From the IMG/VR virus record IMGVR_UViG_3300034071_001262: DNA of 64,000 bases. One strand, written 5' to 3'. This stretch comes from a virus. Position numbers and translations under genes: made by a program. The notes below the pieces were generated by a model. The model did not search any database. It saw nothing but the letters and a program-made list of their open reading frames with translations, and was not told the DNA's origin. Numbering within the stretch: the first letter of the stretch is position 1; each line of letters starts with the position of its first letter. Positions 1 to 10,094 of this stretch are shown here, piece after piece.

Positions 1-2
1 TT

Positions 3-464
3 TCTACTCATTTTGATCCCAATTGGAGCGGAGATATGTACGGAACATGGGCTACTGATCATGAAAAATATAAATCTAATAAACCATTTGAGATACTAAT
101 GCATGGTATGGGTTTGTGTTCTTTTGAAAAGAAAAACTGGCCGGGAATATGTGAACACTTTAAAGGATTTGGTGGAGAAGAAGGATATATAGCAGAAAAA
201 TTTAGAAGAAATGGTGGCAAAAATATATGCTTGCCACAACTTGGATGGGTACATAGATTTGGAAGACCGCTTGGTGTAAAATATCCATTAATACTTGAAG
301 ATAGGATATGGAATTATTTTGTTGGATGGCTAGAATTAACTCAAGATCCAGATCATGAAATGATAAAACAAATTTTCTCATATTTTAAATCAAGAATACC
401 AGAAAGCTCTATAGAAAACATATTTAATTCCGCTCTAAATATAATCAAACTAAAAAATGAATAG
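3..464 (+). CDS. Glycosyltransferase (GT2-like) C-terminal part, 5'-truncated by window edge
   Basis: Frame is open back to position 3. GMGL...F.GFGGEEGYI..KFR..GG...LP..GW.H resembles the GT-A C-terminal 'F.G(W/F)GGED' motif. Confidence 0.6.
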   Translation, partial: STHFDPNWSGDMYGTWATDHEKYKSNKPFEILMHGMGLCSFEKKNWPGICEHFKGFGGEEGYIAEKFRRNGGKNICLPQLGWVHRFGRPLGVKYPLILEDRIWNYFVGWLELTQDPDHEMIKQIFSYFKSRIPESSIENIFNSALNIIKLKNE

Positions 465-1728
465 AAGAAATATATTACAGCTTGGCGCATTGAGTTGTAT
501 TGGTATTAATAATACTAATTATTCAATGTTAATTGCAGATGATAACATTGCTACAGAAGCAAAAGCAAAATCTGTAATTTACATATATTTACCCGGTGGA
601 TTTTCTACCCAAGAAACATTTGATCCTAAACCATTTGCCCCAGCAGAATACAGGGGGCCACTATCATCAATAGATACTTCAATTACTGGAATTAAATTTA
701 GCGAATTATTGAAAGATACTGCCAAGATTGCAGATAAGATAACAGTAATACGATCTATGAACCATAATGAGGCAGCACATGAACGTGGAACACACAATAT
801 GTTTACCGGATGGCGACCATCGCCAGCAATACAATACCCCAGTATTGGTTCTATAGTGGGTCATGAATTAGGTGGAAAAAACAATCTACCACCCTATATT
901 ACAGTACCAAATGTACCTAATGAATTCGCTGGTGCCGGTTATTTAAGTCATTCATATTCTTCTTTTAGTCTTGGTGGAAATCCAGAAGATCCCAATTTTA
1001 AAGTAAGAGATCTAAGATTGCCAGAAGGAATATCGATACAAAGATTTGATAAAAGAAAAAAAATGTTGGAGGTCGTCAATAAAAATTTTGATGCAACACA
1101 AAAATCTGATGCTTTAGTTGCCATGAATTCATTTTATGAAAATGCTTTTGAGCTAATGGATTCTAATGCGGCTATAGAGGCATTTGATTTATCATTAGAA
1201 AAAGATGAAACAAAAGAAACATATGGCAAGAATTCTGCTGGCATGAGGATGTTATTATCAAGAAGGCTAGTAGAAGCTGGAGTAAGATTTATAACAATGA
1301 CATATGGTGGATGGGATCATCATGATAATATTGCTACTAATATGCAAACTCAATTACCACCTTTTGATAAAGCATTTTCAAGTTTAATACTTGATTTAGA
1401 ATCAAGAGGATTATTAGAATCTACATTGGTAGTAGTTGGAACAGAGTTTGGAAGAACACCAAAAATAAATCCAACTGCCGGAAGAGATCATTGGCCCAAG
1501 CTATATAGTGGAATAATGGCTGGTGGCGGTATAAAATCTGGAATAGTATATGGATCTAGCAATGATACGGCCACTGATCCACTAGATAATCCTGTGTCAG
1601 TAGAAGATTGGGCCTCGACTATATATACACTACTTGGTATTAATCCAGAAAAACATATTATGGCTCCCGGCAATAGACCTGTAAAAATAGTAGATGGCGG
1701 AAAACCAATATTAGAAATAATTGTATGA
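457..1728 (+). CDS. DUF1501 family (sulfatase-like fold) protein with Tat signal
   Basis: NRRNILQLG twin-Arg leader; AKSVIYIYLPGG.S..ETFDPKP, ARRLVEAGVRF-like, GGWDHH, EFGRTP and GRDHWP motifs typical of DUF1501. Confidence 0.9.
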   Translation: MNRRNILQLGALSCIGINNTNYSMLIADDNIATEAKAKSVIYIYLPGGFSTQETFDPKPFAPAEYRGPLSSIDTSITGIKFSELLKDTAKIADKITVIRSMNHNEAAHERGTHNMFTGWRPSPAIQYPSIGSIVGHELGGKNNLPPYITVPNVPNEFAGAGYLSHSYSSFSLGGNPEDPNFKVRDLRLPEGISIQRFDKRKKMLEVVNKNFDATQKSDALVAMNSFYENAFELMDSNAAIEAFDLSLEKDETKETYGKNSAGMRMLLSRRLVEAGVRFITMTYGGWDHHDNIATNMQTQLPPFDKAFSSLILDLESRGLLESTLVVVGTEFGRTPKINPTAGRDHWPKLYSGIMAGGGIKSGIVYGSSNDTATDPLDNPVSVEDWASTIYTLLGINPEKHIMAPGNRPVKIVDGGKPILEIIV

Positions 1729-2060
1729 CACTTGTTAGATTCTTAAATACTTTTCTTTGTATATTAGTATTTGCTGGCTTGACATCAAAATATTGTATTG
1801 CGGATGATTTATATATTTTTAGTGCCAAATGGTGTCCTTCCTGTGTTAATTTAAAAAAATTTCTAGATGATAATACAGATCTACATGACATATACAATAT
1901 TGTGATTATCGATATAGATGAATCACCAGATCTAAAAAAACATTTTAAAATTAGAGTTGTGCCAACTACTATCATTCTAAATGATGATTCTTTAGAAGTA
2001 GCAAGAATAACTGGATACGACAATTCTTATCAGAACAGACTAAAAAAATTAATGAAATAA
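1725..2060 (+). CDS. Thioredoxin family protein with signal/anchor
   Basis: FSAKWCPSC active site, VVPT cis-Pro loop, hydrophobic N-terminus. Confidence 0.85.
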   Translation: MTLVRFLNTFLCILVFAGLTSKYCIADDLYIFSAKWCPSCVNLKKFLDDNTDLHDIYNIVIIDIDESPDLKKHFKIRVVPTTIILNDDSLEVARITGYDNSYQNRLKKLMK

Positions 2061-2071
2061 GGGAAAATAAA

Positions 2072-2935
2072 TTGGATATTGAAATCTTTGCTATCAATGA
2101 AACCAAGAAAAATAATCAACCAAAACAACTAGTACTAAATAATAAACAATATAAATTAGCTATTGATAGTTTTAAACACGAAATATCATATTACGAATTA
2201 TCTGCTCAAATACATAAAATAAGTATTGATGATTTACCTAGCCAAGTAAAATCTAGTATTGTTATTATAGTTGATAATACATTTTATGTAGAAGATGATT
2301 ACTTAAATAAGATCATTTCTATTAATAATTTATTAAGAGATGGTGGTATATTCTGTGGCCCAACTAATACACATACACACGCCTCACTTAATAATGGTAT
2401 CCATAAGATAAATCAAAAATATCAAAGATATAATCTTGATAATGGTCATAATGTTATATCAGATCTTACTGAAGAAATACATCTATATCCAGATTTATTA
2501 TACTGTGCCATATCTGGAAGAGCCTATAATGATTTTTCCTATAGGCCAGTAATTTCATATAGACATAAAAATATAAGTAATAAATTATTTATAGCACAAA
2601 TGGCTAATAGATATCGTGTTTATTATTGTAGTACACTGAGTAAAATAAAATATCTAGATGAAATAGATTTTTCAATGGAAAAGATATCTGATTTTTATTA
2701 TGATTCTGGATACCAAGATGGATTATTAGTCAGCAATAAAAACTTAGATGAAAAAAGAAAAGAATTGTGGCATAGATTTGTAGAGTCTCCAGAAATGCTA
2801 GATAATGAAATGCCAAGATGGCTATTAGATTCAAATCCAGACATGGATGGTGATTATTTGGAAAATTTGGTTATATGTAAGTGTAAATATCAAATAGGAT
2901 TTTATGAGGGGATGCTATCTAGAAAACTGATATGA
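2072..2935 (+). CDS. Hypothetical protein, possibly degenerate GT2-like
   Basis: 287-aa ORF with TTG start after a GGGA RBS; IVIIVDN..YVEDDYL...IFCGP is weakly GT-A-like. Confidence 0.4.
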   Translation: MDIEIFAINETKKNNQPKQLVLNNKQYKLAIDSFKHEISYYELSAQIHKISIDDLPSQVKSSIVIIVDNTFYVEDDYLNKIISINNLLRDGGIFCGPTNTHTHASLNNGIHKINQKYQRYNLDNGHNVISDLTEEIHLYPDLLYCAISGRAYNDFSYRPVISYRHKNISNKLFIAQMANRYRVYYCSTLSKIKYLDEIDFSMEKISDFYYDSGYQDGLLVSNKNLDEKRKELWHRFVESPEMLDNEMPRWLLDSNPDMDGDYLENLVICKCKYQIGFYEGMLSRKLI

Positions 2936-3897
2936 TTACAATTGATTTATCTAAGTCATCTGGATTTATACATCATAGATCTGGATGGCAGTTTTGTTTA
3001 AGCCAATTAAAAACACTACACTCACGTAGTGGTATTTTTTGTGATGACTTTATTGAAAGATCTTTTTCTTGGTATTTATACGATCATTTTCGTGGAAAAA
3101 GTATTCATAAAATACCATATAAGCATAAATGGATAGGTTTTTTGCATAACCCGCCAAATATGCCAAATTGGTTTAATTATTTTGATTCCCCAAATGCTAT
3201 ATTGAGTCGTCCAATTTTTCAAGAATCTTTAAAAACATGTAAGCTTTTAATTGTACTATCTAAGTATTTGAAAGAATGGCTTTCGTCGCGTGTTGATGTT
3301 CCAATAATAGATCTTAAGCATCCAACACAGATTCCAAAGTTAAAATGGTGTCCAGATAAATTTATACACCAGCGTTGCAAGCCAGTAATACAACTAGGAT
3401 ATTGGTTAAGAAAATTAGATTCACTACATAAATTAAATATAGGAACAGATTATACAAAAATCTGGCTTCCTAGTTCGTATGATTATACTTTAACTATGCT
3501 CGATGTATACAACAAAACAAATCCAGACGCCCATCAATCTAGATATATGTGGGCTGGAGTATCAATGTTAAAATTTCTAGAAGCCGATCAATTTGATGAA
3601 CTATTAACTAGGGGTGTAGTATTTTTGGATCTATATGATAGTTCTGCTAATAATGCGATCATAGAATCTATGTCTAGAAATACACCAATAATAGTAAATA
3701 AATTACCAGCAGTAGTTGAATATCTTGGTGCTGATTATCCATTATACTTTGATAATCTTTCTGAGGCTGAATCAAAAATAAGAAACACAGATTTAATCAT
3801 CGAAGCCCATGAATATCTAAAAAATATGCCTAAATACTTTTTAAGTGGCAGATATTTTGTCAATGATTTTAAGAAAAAGTTAGAGAATATATTATGA
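2932..3897 (+). CDS. Putative glycosyltransferase (GT-B-like)
   Basis: FLDLYDSSANNAIIESMSRNTPIIVNKLPAVVEYLG is a GT-B C-terminal-type motif; glycan cluster context. Confidence 0.55.
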   Translation: MITIDLSKSSGFIHHRSGWQFCLSQLKTLHSRSGIFCDDFIERSFSWYLYDHFRGKSIHKIPYKHKWIGFLHNPPNMPNWFNYFDSPNAILSRPIFQESLKTCKLLIVLSKYLKEWLSSRVDVPIIDLKHPTQIPKLKWCPDKFIHQRCKPVIQLGYWLRKLDSLHKLNIGTDYTKIWLPSSYDYTLTMLDVYNKTNPDAHQSRYMWAGVSMLKFLEADQFDELLTRGVVFLDLYDSSANNAIIESMSRNTPIIVNKLPAVVEYLGADYPLYFDNLSEAESKIRNTDLIIEAHEYLKNMPKYFLSGRYFVNDFKKKLENIL

Positions 3898-4622
3898 AGT
3901 TAATTTTTTCACCAGTTCCAAGATCTGGTTCAACAGCTTTATGTGAGTATATAGCATATTCATCTGAAAGTACTTTGTCTGTGGAACCATATAATCCAGA
4001 GTGCAATGAAAATAGACAAGTAACATTAAAAGATAAGTTCGAAGAAATACAAACATATGATATTATAAAAATATTAGGCTGGCCTCTAGATATATTAGAT
4101 AATTTTGAAATAATAGATGTGGCTGAAAAGATTATTTTTTTATATAGAGAAAGTGTCTTGGATACTATGCTATCTAATATTGTATCGATGACCTATTCTG
4201 GAGACTATAAAATATACGAAAAGCATAGACTAAAAAATAGTTTTCAAAATGATGTAGCTCAGTCTTTATTAAATGATTTTTATTCTGAAGTAAGACCACC
4301 AATCGACTTAAAAGAATTTGCTGTCTGTTATTTTGATTTCATAAAAAATATTCAATGTTATTACAATTATGTAAAATTTTATCATAGCAATAAAACCTTA
4401 ATAGTGAAATATGAGGATTTATATTCTGAAAATCAATCACTAGAACTAGATAAAATAATGCATTTTTTGAATTTGCAAGCAAAAAATATTGACAGTTTAT
4501 CGCTGATGGACGCATCAAATAAATTAAATAATTATGATACATATAAAAAAATTATACCAAATCTGGATGAAGTGATGAATTGGCATAAATGTTTAAATGA
4601 AAATGAGTGTTTATCAAAATGA
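3894..4622 (+). CDS. Sulfotransferase family protein
   Basis: 5'-PSB loop PRSGST, 3'-PB IIFLYR...S, and VKYEDL. Confidence 0.8.
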   Translation: MKLIFSPVPRSGSTALCEYIAYSSESTLSVEPYNPECNENRQVTLKDKFEEIQTYDIIKILGWPLDILDNFEIIDVAEKIIFLYRESVLDTMLSNIVSMTYSGDYKIYEKHRLKNSFQNDVAQSLLNDFYSEVRPPIDLKEFAVCYFDFIKNIQCYYNYVKFYHSNKTLIVKYEDLYSENQSLELDKIMHFLNLQAKNIDSLSLMDASNKLNNYDTYKKIIPNLDEVMNWHKCLNENECLSK

Positions 4623-5470
4623 AAAACTCAATATATACATCATATGGATTTGGAGTATTGAATAATAAAGAAAATATAGATTGGGTTAACTTGCAAAAAA
4701 ATAAGATGATAGAATATTGCAAGAAACATGGACTTGCTTTTAATGTAATAGATGAAAAAAATAAATTCATGCAAATTATACTCAATAATTTTCAGACAGA
4801 TAAAAAACCTTCTTGTAAAGATTACAGTGTATATACATTAAGTGCAATAGCTGCAATATTGGATTTTTGTGATTCTGGTTATGACAATTTTTATTGGTTA
4901 CATTTAGATATGGCTATTAACTTAGATAATATTAATATCTTTGATATACTTAACATTGATAATAATCACGTTTATTGCTGGTCAAATAAAAAACCAACAC
5001 AAGAAGACAAGATTGGTTGGGCAAATACAAAAATCGAATGGCTAAAATACCTCATATCTAAAATCAATTTATCGCAAGATGAAGAATTTTACACATTATC
5101 TAATGCGTCTCTAATTTTTGCAAACAAACAATCAGCTATGTCGTTTAAGCAAATATTGCTAGAACATCTTGATATATTAAATATCAAAATAGAAACAAAA
5201 TGCATTGAGGAAACTATTTTAGAATTAGTGTATTACATATGTAAAAAGAAAAATTTAAATCTAAACATTAAGGAGTTTTGGGGGGCTAGAAAAACAGGTC
5301 CATATGCCCCAGCACAATTTTATGAAGAGTCATTTGATAATCTCTCCATAGATGAAACTGTAGACAAATATAAGAATGCGATATTTATACATTTTTGGGG
5401 TGAGAGCAAAAAACATATACCAGAATTTTATAGGCGAAAAAATGAAAATAATAATAACACTGTCTGGTAA
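4607..5470 (+). CDS. Putative glycosyltransferase (GT34/GT8-like, GT-A)
   Basis: NKMIEYCKKHG, YWLHLDMAI, C-terminal FIHFWGESK. Confidence 0.55.
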   Translation: MFIKMKNSIYTSYGFGVLNNKENIDWVNLQKNKMIEYCKKHGLAFNVIDEKNKFMQIILNNFQTDKKPSCKDYSVYTLSAIAAILDFCDSGYDNFYWLHLDMAINLDNINIFDILNIDNNHVYCWSNKKPTQEDKIGWANTKIEWLKYLISKINLSQDEEFYTLSNASLIFANKQSAMSFKQILLEHLDILNIKIETKCIEETILELVYYICKKKNLNLNIKEFWGARKTGPYAPAQFYEESFDNLSIDETVDKYKNAIFIHFWGESKKHIPEFYRRKNENNNNTVW

Positions 5471-6275
5471 AAGTGAAAGATTTACTAAAAATGGATATCC
5501 AGAAAAATCATTCATAAAAGTTGTAAATAAATACATGATTGAACATGTAATCAATATGTTTGATGGCATCTCACATGATAATATATATTTGATCACAAAA
5601 AATTGTAATGTTGCTAGTAATAGAATTCTACAAAAACTATTTCCAAAAATAAATATTAATCCAATATCGCCAAATTCAGATGGTCCAGTTGTATCAATAT
5701 TATCGGCAAATTTAGATATCAATCCAGAAGAAGAAATTATTGTAAGCTATTGTGATCTAGTAAGTATCTTTAATTTAGACAAACTAATTTCATATGTTCA
5801 TACAAATAATGCTGATGGATGTATATTGACACACTGTGGATTACATCCGCATAAATTTTACAATACTAATTTTGCACATGTTAGACATGATAGCAATAAT
5901 AATGTATTAGAAATTAAAGAAAAAGGATGTTTTACAGCACATCCAATATTTGAACACGCATCTAATGGAATATATTATTTCAAATCATTCCAAATGATGA
6001 ATCATTATTTTAGAAAATTGATAGAATCTGGCAACAGAGTCAATAATGAATTTTATGTAACAATGCCATATAATTTAATTATTAACGACAATCTAAAGAT
6101 ATTGATGTATGAAACAGAACAATATATATGTCTTGGCACACCAAGAGATGTAGAATTAATAAATGCGTGGAATGATATCATAGTAAAGTCTAATATACAT
6201 CAAGATGAAGATTTAATTATGGTATATAACTATTGGAAGAAAATATTCAATGATAAATTTTATAGCTCCAATTAA
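5442..6275 (+). CDS. Sugar-phosphate nucleotidyltransferase-like protein
   Basis: IIITLSGKSERF..GYP.K, SYCD, EIKEK, GIYYF, NNEFYV, LGTP. Start reset to ATG 5442. Confidence 0.8.
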   Translation: MKIIITLSGKSERFTKNGYPEKSFIKVVNKYMIEHVINMFDGISHDNIYLITKNCNVASNRILQKLFPKININPISPNSDGPVVSILSANLDINPEEEIIVSYCDLVSIFNLDKLISYVHTNNADGCILTHCGLHPHKFYNTNFAHVRHDSNNNVLEIKEKGCFTAHPIFEHASNGIYYFKSFQMMNHYFRKLIESGNRVNNEFYVTMPYNLIINDNLKILMYETEQYICLGTPRDVELINAWNDIIVKSNIHQDEDLIMVYNYWKKIFNDKFYSSN

Positions 6276-7323
6276 TAATCTCGGCTATGGTATAGCTGGA
6301 TATAATCTACTGAAAGAATTATATCAAATAGATAATACAATTGCATTATATCCAATTTCAAGACCAGAAAATATGGATGATACCCATATTATATCTATAA
6401 GTATTAATAATCAACTTTATTTTGATAAACATAGACCGTGTATAAAATTATGGCATCAACATGATTTACAGACCAAAGTTGGTAATGGTACATATTTTGG
6501 TTTTCCAATATTTGAATTAACCAAATTTAATTCTCATGAAATAGTCAGTTTATCTCATTGTGATAAAATTATGGTATGTTCTAACTGGGCAAAAGAAGTC
6601 GTAATGAATAATGTGAATAAATTTGATCAATCAGACATTCATGTAATTCCGCTTGGTGTAGATGCTACTGTATTTAGGCCATGTACACTGCCAAATAAAA
6701 GGTCAACTACAGTCTTTCTCAATTGTGGAAAATGGGAAATTAGAAAAGGTCACGATATTATTGTTGAGTGTTTTAATAGGGCATTTACCTATCATGACGA
6801 TGTAGAACTATGGATGTTATGCGATAATCCTTTTATAGGCGAACAAAATAATGAATGGAAAAGCCTATATAAAAACTCACAGCTGGGTGAAAAAATAAGG
6901 ATAATACCTAGACAGCAAACCCAAAAAGATGTGTATAATATTATGAGGCTCTCAGATTGTGGAATATTTCCATCTAGGGCTGAAGGGTGGAATTTAGAGT
7001 TACTTGAAATGATGTCATGCGGAAAACATGTAATTACTACCAACTATTCTGCACATACAGAGTTTTGCAATAATCAAAATGCCATGCTTATAGATGTCGA
7101 TAATCTAGAGACAGCGTTTGATGGAGTATTTTTTGATGGTAAATGTGGTTTTTGGGCTGAGTTGTCTGATAATCAAAAAGAAGAAACTATAAGTCATATG
7201 AGGCTGGTGCATAAGAAAAAACAGAACGGTGAACTAAATATTAATGTAGATGGTATTCAGACAGCAGAAAAATTTTCATGGCAAAACTCAGCTAAAGGAA
7301 TATTAAATGCAACTCGACTTTAG
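6250..7323 (+). CDS. Glycosyltransferase family 4 (GT-B)
   Basis: PLGVD, GKWEIRKG, PSRAEGWNLELLEMMSCG. Confidence 0.85.
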   Translation: MINFIAPINNLGYGIAGYNLLKELYQIDNTIALYPISRPENMDDTHIISISINNQLYFDKHRPCIKLWHQHDLQTKVGNGTYFGFPIFELTKFNSHEIVSLSHCDKIMVCSNWAKEVVMNNVNKFDQSDIHVIPLGVDATVFRPCTLPNKRSTTVFLNCGKWEIRKGHDIIVECFNRAFTYHDDVELWMLCDNPFIGEQNNEWKSLYKNSQLGEKIRIIPRQQTQKDVYNIMRLSDCGIFPSRAEGWNLELLEMMSCGKHVITTNYSAHTEFCNNQNAMLIDVDNLETAFDGVFFDGKCGFWAELSDNQKEETISHMRLVHKKKQNGELNINVDGIQTAEKFSWQNSAKGILNATRL

Positions 7324-8236
7324 TACTCCATCAAAAATTCTAAAGACGTACAAGGATGGATTCGTCGGTAGCATTTGTGATCCAGAAGATACTGATAAAT
7401 TATTGGGTGAATTAAGACATCCATTATTCGGTGCTGCTGCATATAAATTATATGGAACAGGAAAAGGAAAATTATCTCTTCCATTTAAAAATCTATTAAA
7501 ATTCGATCCTAATTTTGGTCCTTCAGAAAGACAAGTAGTTGGTGATTGTGTCTCACACTCTACTCGTAATGCAATAGATATCACTAGAAGCTGTGAAATT
7601 ATCAATGGAGAAAATGAAGAGTTTGTTGCTCGCGGTGCTACAGAAGGCATATATGGTTCACGCGGACACGGTGGTGAAGGCATGACATGTTCTGGTGCGG
7701 CAAGATTTGTCAAACAAACTGGTGGTGTATTAATTAGACAAAAATATGACAATATTGATTTAACATCATATCAAGGTAAACTTGCATCGTCTTGGGGACG
7801 AAGCGGGCCACCTAAGACGCTTATAGAAGAAGCACAAAAGAGGCCAGTAAGAACAGCCAGTTTAATAACAACCGTAGAAGAGGCCAGAGACGCTCTGGCA
7901 AATGGATATGGCATAAGCGTATGTTCAATGTTTGGATTCAGTTCTCGTAGAGATAAGTATGGTATAGCCGCCCCATCTGGATCTTGGGCGCACGCTATGG
8001 CTTGGATAGCCGCAGATGATACCCATGAAATATATAATGAAACTCTTTTCTTGGTTCAAAATAGTTGGGGAGTTTGGAATAATGGCCCAAAACGACACGA
8101 TCAACCAGATGGAAGTTTTTGGATTAGAGAATCTGTAGCCCGTGATATGTTAGGCTCTAGTGGATCATGGGTGTTTAGTGATGTTGATGGCTTTCCAGCA
8201 AGAAATATAGATTGGACTCTTGATGAGGTATTTTAA
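7307..8236 (+). CDS. Papain-like cysteine protease (peptidase C1)
   Basis: Q..GDCVSH (oxyanion Gln, catalytic Cys), WAHAM (His), QNSWG (Asn), GSFWI. Confidence 0.85.
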   Translation: MQLDFSTPSKILKTYKDGFVGSICDPEDTDKLLGELRHPLFGAAAYKLYGTGKGKLSLPFKNLLKFDPNFGPSERQVVGDCVSHSTRNAIDITRSCEIINGENEEFVARGATEGIYGSRGHGGEGMTCSGAARFVKQTGGVLIRQKYDNIDLTSYQGKLASSWGRSGPPKTLIEEAQKRPVRTASLITTVEEARDALANGYGISVCSMFGFSSRRDKYGIAAPSGSWAHAMAWIAADDTHEIYNETLFLVQNSWGVWNNGPKRHDQPDGSFWIRESVARDMLGSSGSWVFSDVDGFPARNIDWTLDEVF

Positions 8237-8237
8237 T

Positions 8238-8561
8238 ATGAGAAATCTTAAATTTGTAGCTTTATCACTTACATTATTATTGCCATTTATATTTCATGGA
8301 GTAATACAAACTCAAGATTCTAACTTTAGTTCATCAAAAATAAACATAGAAGATCTTGTGTATAGTGCTAATAATGCTTTTAGTAAGGCAGAAAAAGAAA
8401 TATTTGAAATTAAGCCAAAACCAGATGACAATATAATTAGACCAAATCCAGATCCTAAAAAGTGTCCATGCAAAGGAACTGGAAGAATAATACACGGTGA
8501 TGGACATACAACAGAATGTCCATTTCATGGCGCGGGGTTAATAATCAAACAACATCAATAG
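8238..8561 (+). CDS. Membrane-anchored/secreted protein with CxCxGxG...CPxH zinc-finger-like tail
   Basis: Hydrophobic N-terminus; CPCKGTGRIIHGDGHTTECPFH. Confidence 0.55.
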   Translation: MRNLKFVALSLTLLLPFIFHGVIQTQDSNFSSSKINIEDLVYSANNAFSKAEKEIFEIKPKPDDNIIRPNPDPKKCPCKGTGRIIHGDGHTTECPFHGAGLIIKQHQ

Positions 8562-8570
8562 GAGCGAAAA

Positions 8571-8747
8571 ATGAATAAAGTCAAATCTTTACTCACTTCA
8601 AGACGTTTTTGGGTTGCAGCAATTGGTTTAGCAACAGTAGTTTCATCTGAATTATTTGGTGTTCAACTTGATCATGAGCAACTTTTAGCGGTTACCAGTA
8701 TTGTTGTAGCATGGGTAGTTGGAGATACTATTAGAGAGACAAAATGA
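8571..8747 (+). CDS. Holin-like 58-aa membrane protein (absent from ORF track)
   Basis: Hand translation MNKVKSLLTSRRFWVAAIGLATVVSSELFGVQLDHEQLLAVTSIVVAWVVGDTIRETK; AGGAG RBS; two TM segments; SR(K/R)FW motif of small phage holins; ATGA overlap with the next gene. Confidence 0.65.
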   Translation: MNKVKSLLTSRRFWVAAIGLATVVSSELFGVQLDHEQLLAVTSIVVAWVVGDTIRETK

Positions 8748-9061
8748 TGAAAGATATTTTAGGTTTATTAACTCCTACTCAATGGATTGTCTTGGGGTGT
8801 GGTGTATTGATGCTAATACTTGGTTCTAAAGATTATGTAGTATCAAATGTAAAAAGTTTGTTTGATAATAAACAGGAAGTAACACCCAAACCAACTACTA
8901 ATACAGATTTAACATCTATAGTAGCAAAGTGGGAAATATTATCAAATGCCTGTAAACAAGCTAATTTACTTGATGCTTACAATAAATTACAAGAAGTATT
9001 TCCAATGTTGGTATCTGTATATACACTAGAAAAAAATAGGAAAACTATTGATGAAAAGTAA
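8744..9061 (+). CDS. Single-pass membrane protein
   Basis: N-terminal TM WIVLGCGVLMLILG. Confidence 0.6.
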   Translation: MMKDILGLLTPTQWIVLGCGVLMLILGSKDYVVSNVKSLFDNKQEVTPKPTTNTDLTSIVAKWEILSNACKQANLLDAYNKLQEVFPMLVSVYTLEKNRKTIDEK

Positions 9062-9491
9062 TTATTTGCTTATTGCTGGATTAGCTCTGGTGGTTTTTGT
9101 ATTTCTAAGCAAAATATCTGGAGTAGAAAAGGATGTCACTCCAAGCCTTGGTATACAAAAACCAACAGATGCTATAGCACAACAAGTGTCTAAGATCACT
9201 AATATAGTCACAAATGATACTGATAGATTAAACCTAGCAGTGTTTAATAAAGTATTTGCTGATAGAATTATATCATATGATATAGATACGCAAAAATTAA
9301 ATCATTTATACACACTGGCTGGTAAATATTTTTTTGGGGATTCGCTCAAAGATAAATATGCAGATCTTGACATTTTCTTAATCAATAGTATAATAGACAC
9401 GGTTGGAGATAAAAATCATATACTATCTGATAATGAAAAGTTACTACTACAAGAAAAATTCTATGGAATTGCTTGGTACTTGAATAATTGA
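9051..9491 (+). CDS. Membrane-anchored/secreted hypothetical protein
   Basis: N-terminal hydrophobic segment LLIAGLALVVFVFL. Confidence 0.6.
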   Translation: MKSNYLLIAGLALVVFVFLSKISGVEKDVTPSLGIQKPTDAIAQQVSKITNIVTNDTDRLNLAVFNKVFADRIISYDIDTQKLNHLYTLAGKYFFGDSLKDKYADLDIFLINSIIDTVGDKNHILSDNEKLLLQEKFYGIAWYLNN

Positions 9492-9501
9492 AAGGAAAAT
9501 A

Positions 9502-9729
9502 ATGGATATTTTAGGAGCGGCTGAAAGCAGATTACAATCTATTATAGACGAAAATTCTTTTATTATCAATGTCTTAGTTAAAGATCAATCTAAGAATAAT
9601 TCTTTAAATGAATTATTGAATGCTATTAGACAGTATCAAAGTGCGGCATCACAATTAGAAATTGTCAAAAATCTAAAATCACAAGTCCAATATACTACAA
9701 CTAATTCTGATGCAAAAGAACCAACATGA
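9502..9729 (+). CDS. Hypothetical coiled-coil protein
   Basis: AAGGA RBS; operon packing. Confidence 0.55.
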   Translation: MDILGAAESRLQSIIDENSFIINVLVKDQSKNNSLNELLNAIRQYQSAASQLEIVKNLKSQVQYTTTNSDAKEPT

Positions 9730-10094
9730 AAGTAGCATTGACACTAATTGTCGTGCAACAAAATCCTAATGTACAGTATTCGCACGATGATTTTTTCAAA
9801 TTCTTGCTCACAGAAGAAGGTCAATTTCCTAGTAAATATATCTCTACCAAAGATATAACAGATACCGCGAGGGACTTATTTTCTGAATATGTTAGTGTGT
9901 ACTTTGATTGGACTTCAATTGAGTTGATGGACTTTAGAAAAGTAAATACCACAGATTGTGAAGTAGTTTATGCAATAAAATTACCTAATTTGCTTGGTAT
10001 AGAAAAACGTGGAAAATTTGTTTCACACAACAATAAGCCAAATTTCGAAAGTTTTTATGGAAGAATTCTATCAAGAAAATTCAGAATATTCTAA
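9726..10094 (+). CDS. Hypothetical protein
   Basis: ATGA overlap with the previous gene. Confidence 0.55.
   Translation: MKVALTLIVVQQNPNVQYSHDDFFKFLLTEEGQFPSKYISTKDITDTARDLFSEYVSVYFDWTSIELMDFRKVNTTDCEVVYAIKLPNLLGIEKRGKFVSHNNKPNFESFYGRILSRKFRIF

Noticed and set aside
9726-10094. Nudix hydrolase
   Set aside because: Only a vague resemblance; the GX5EX7REUXEEXGU box is absent.
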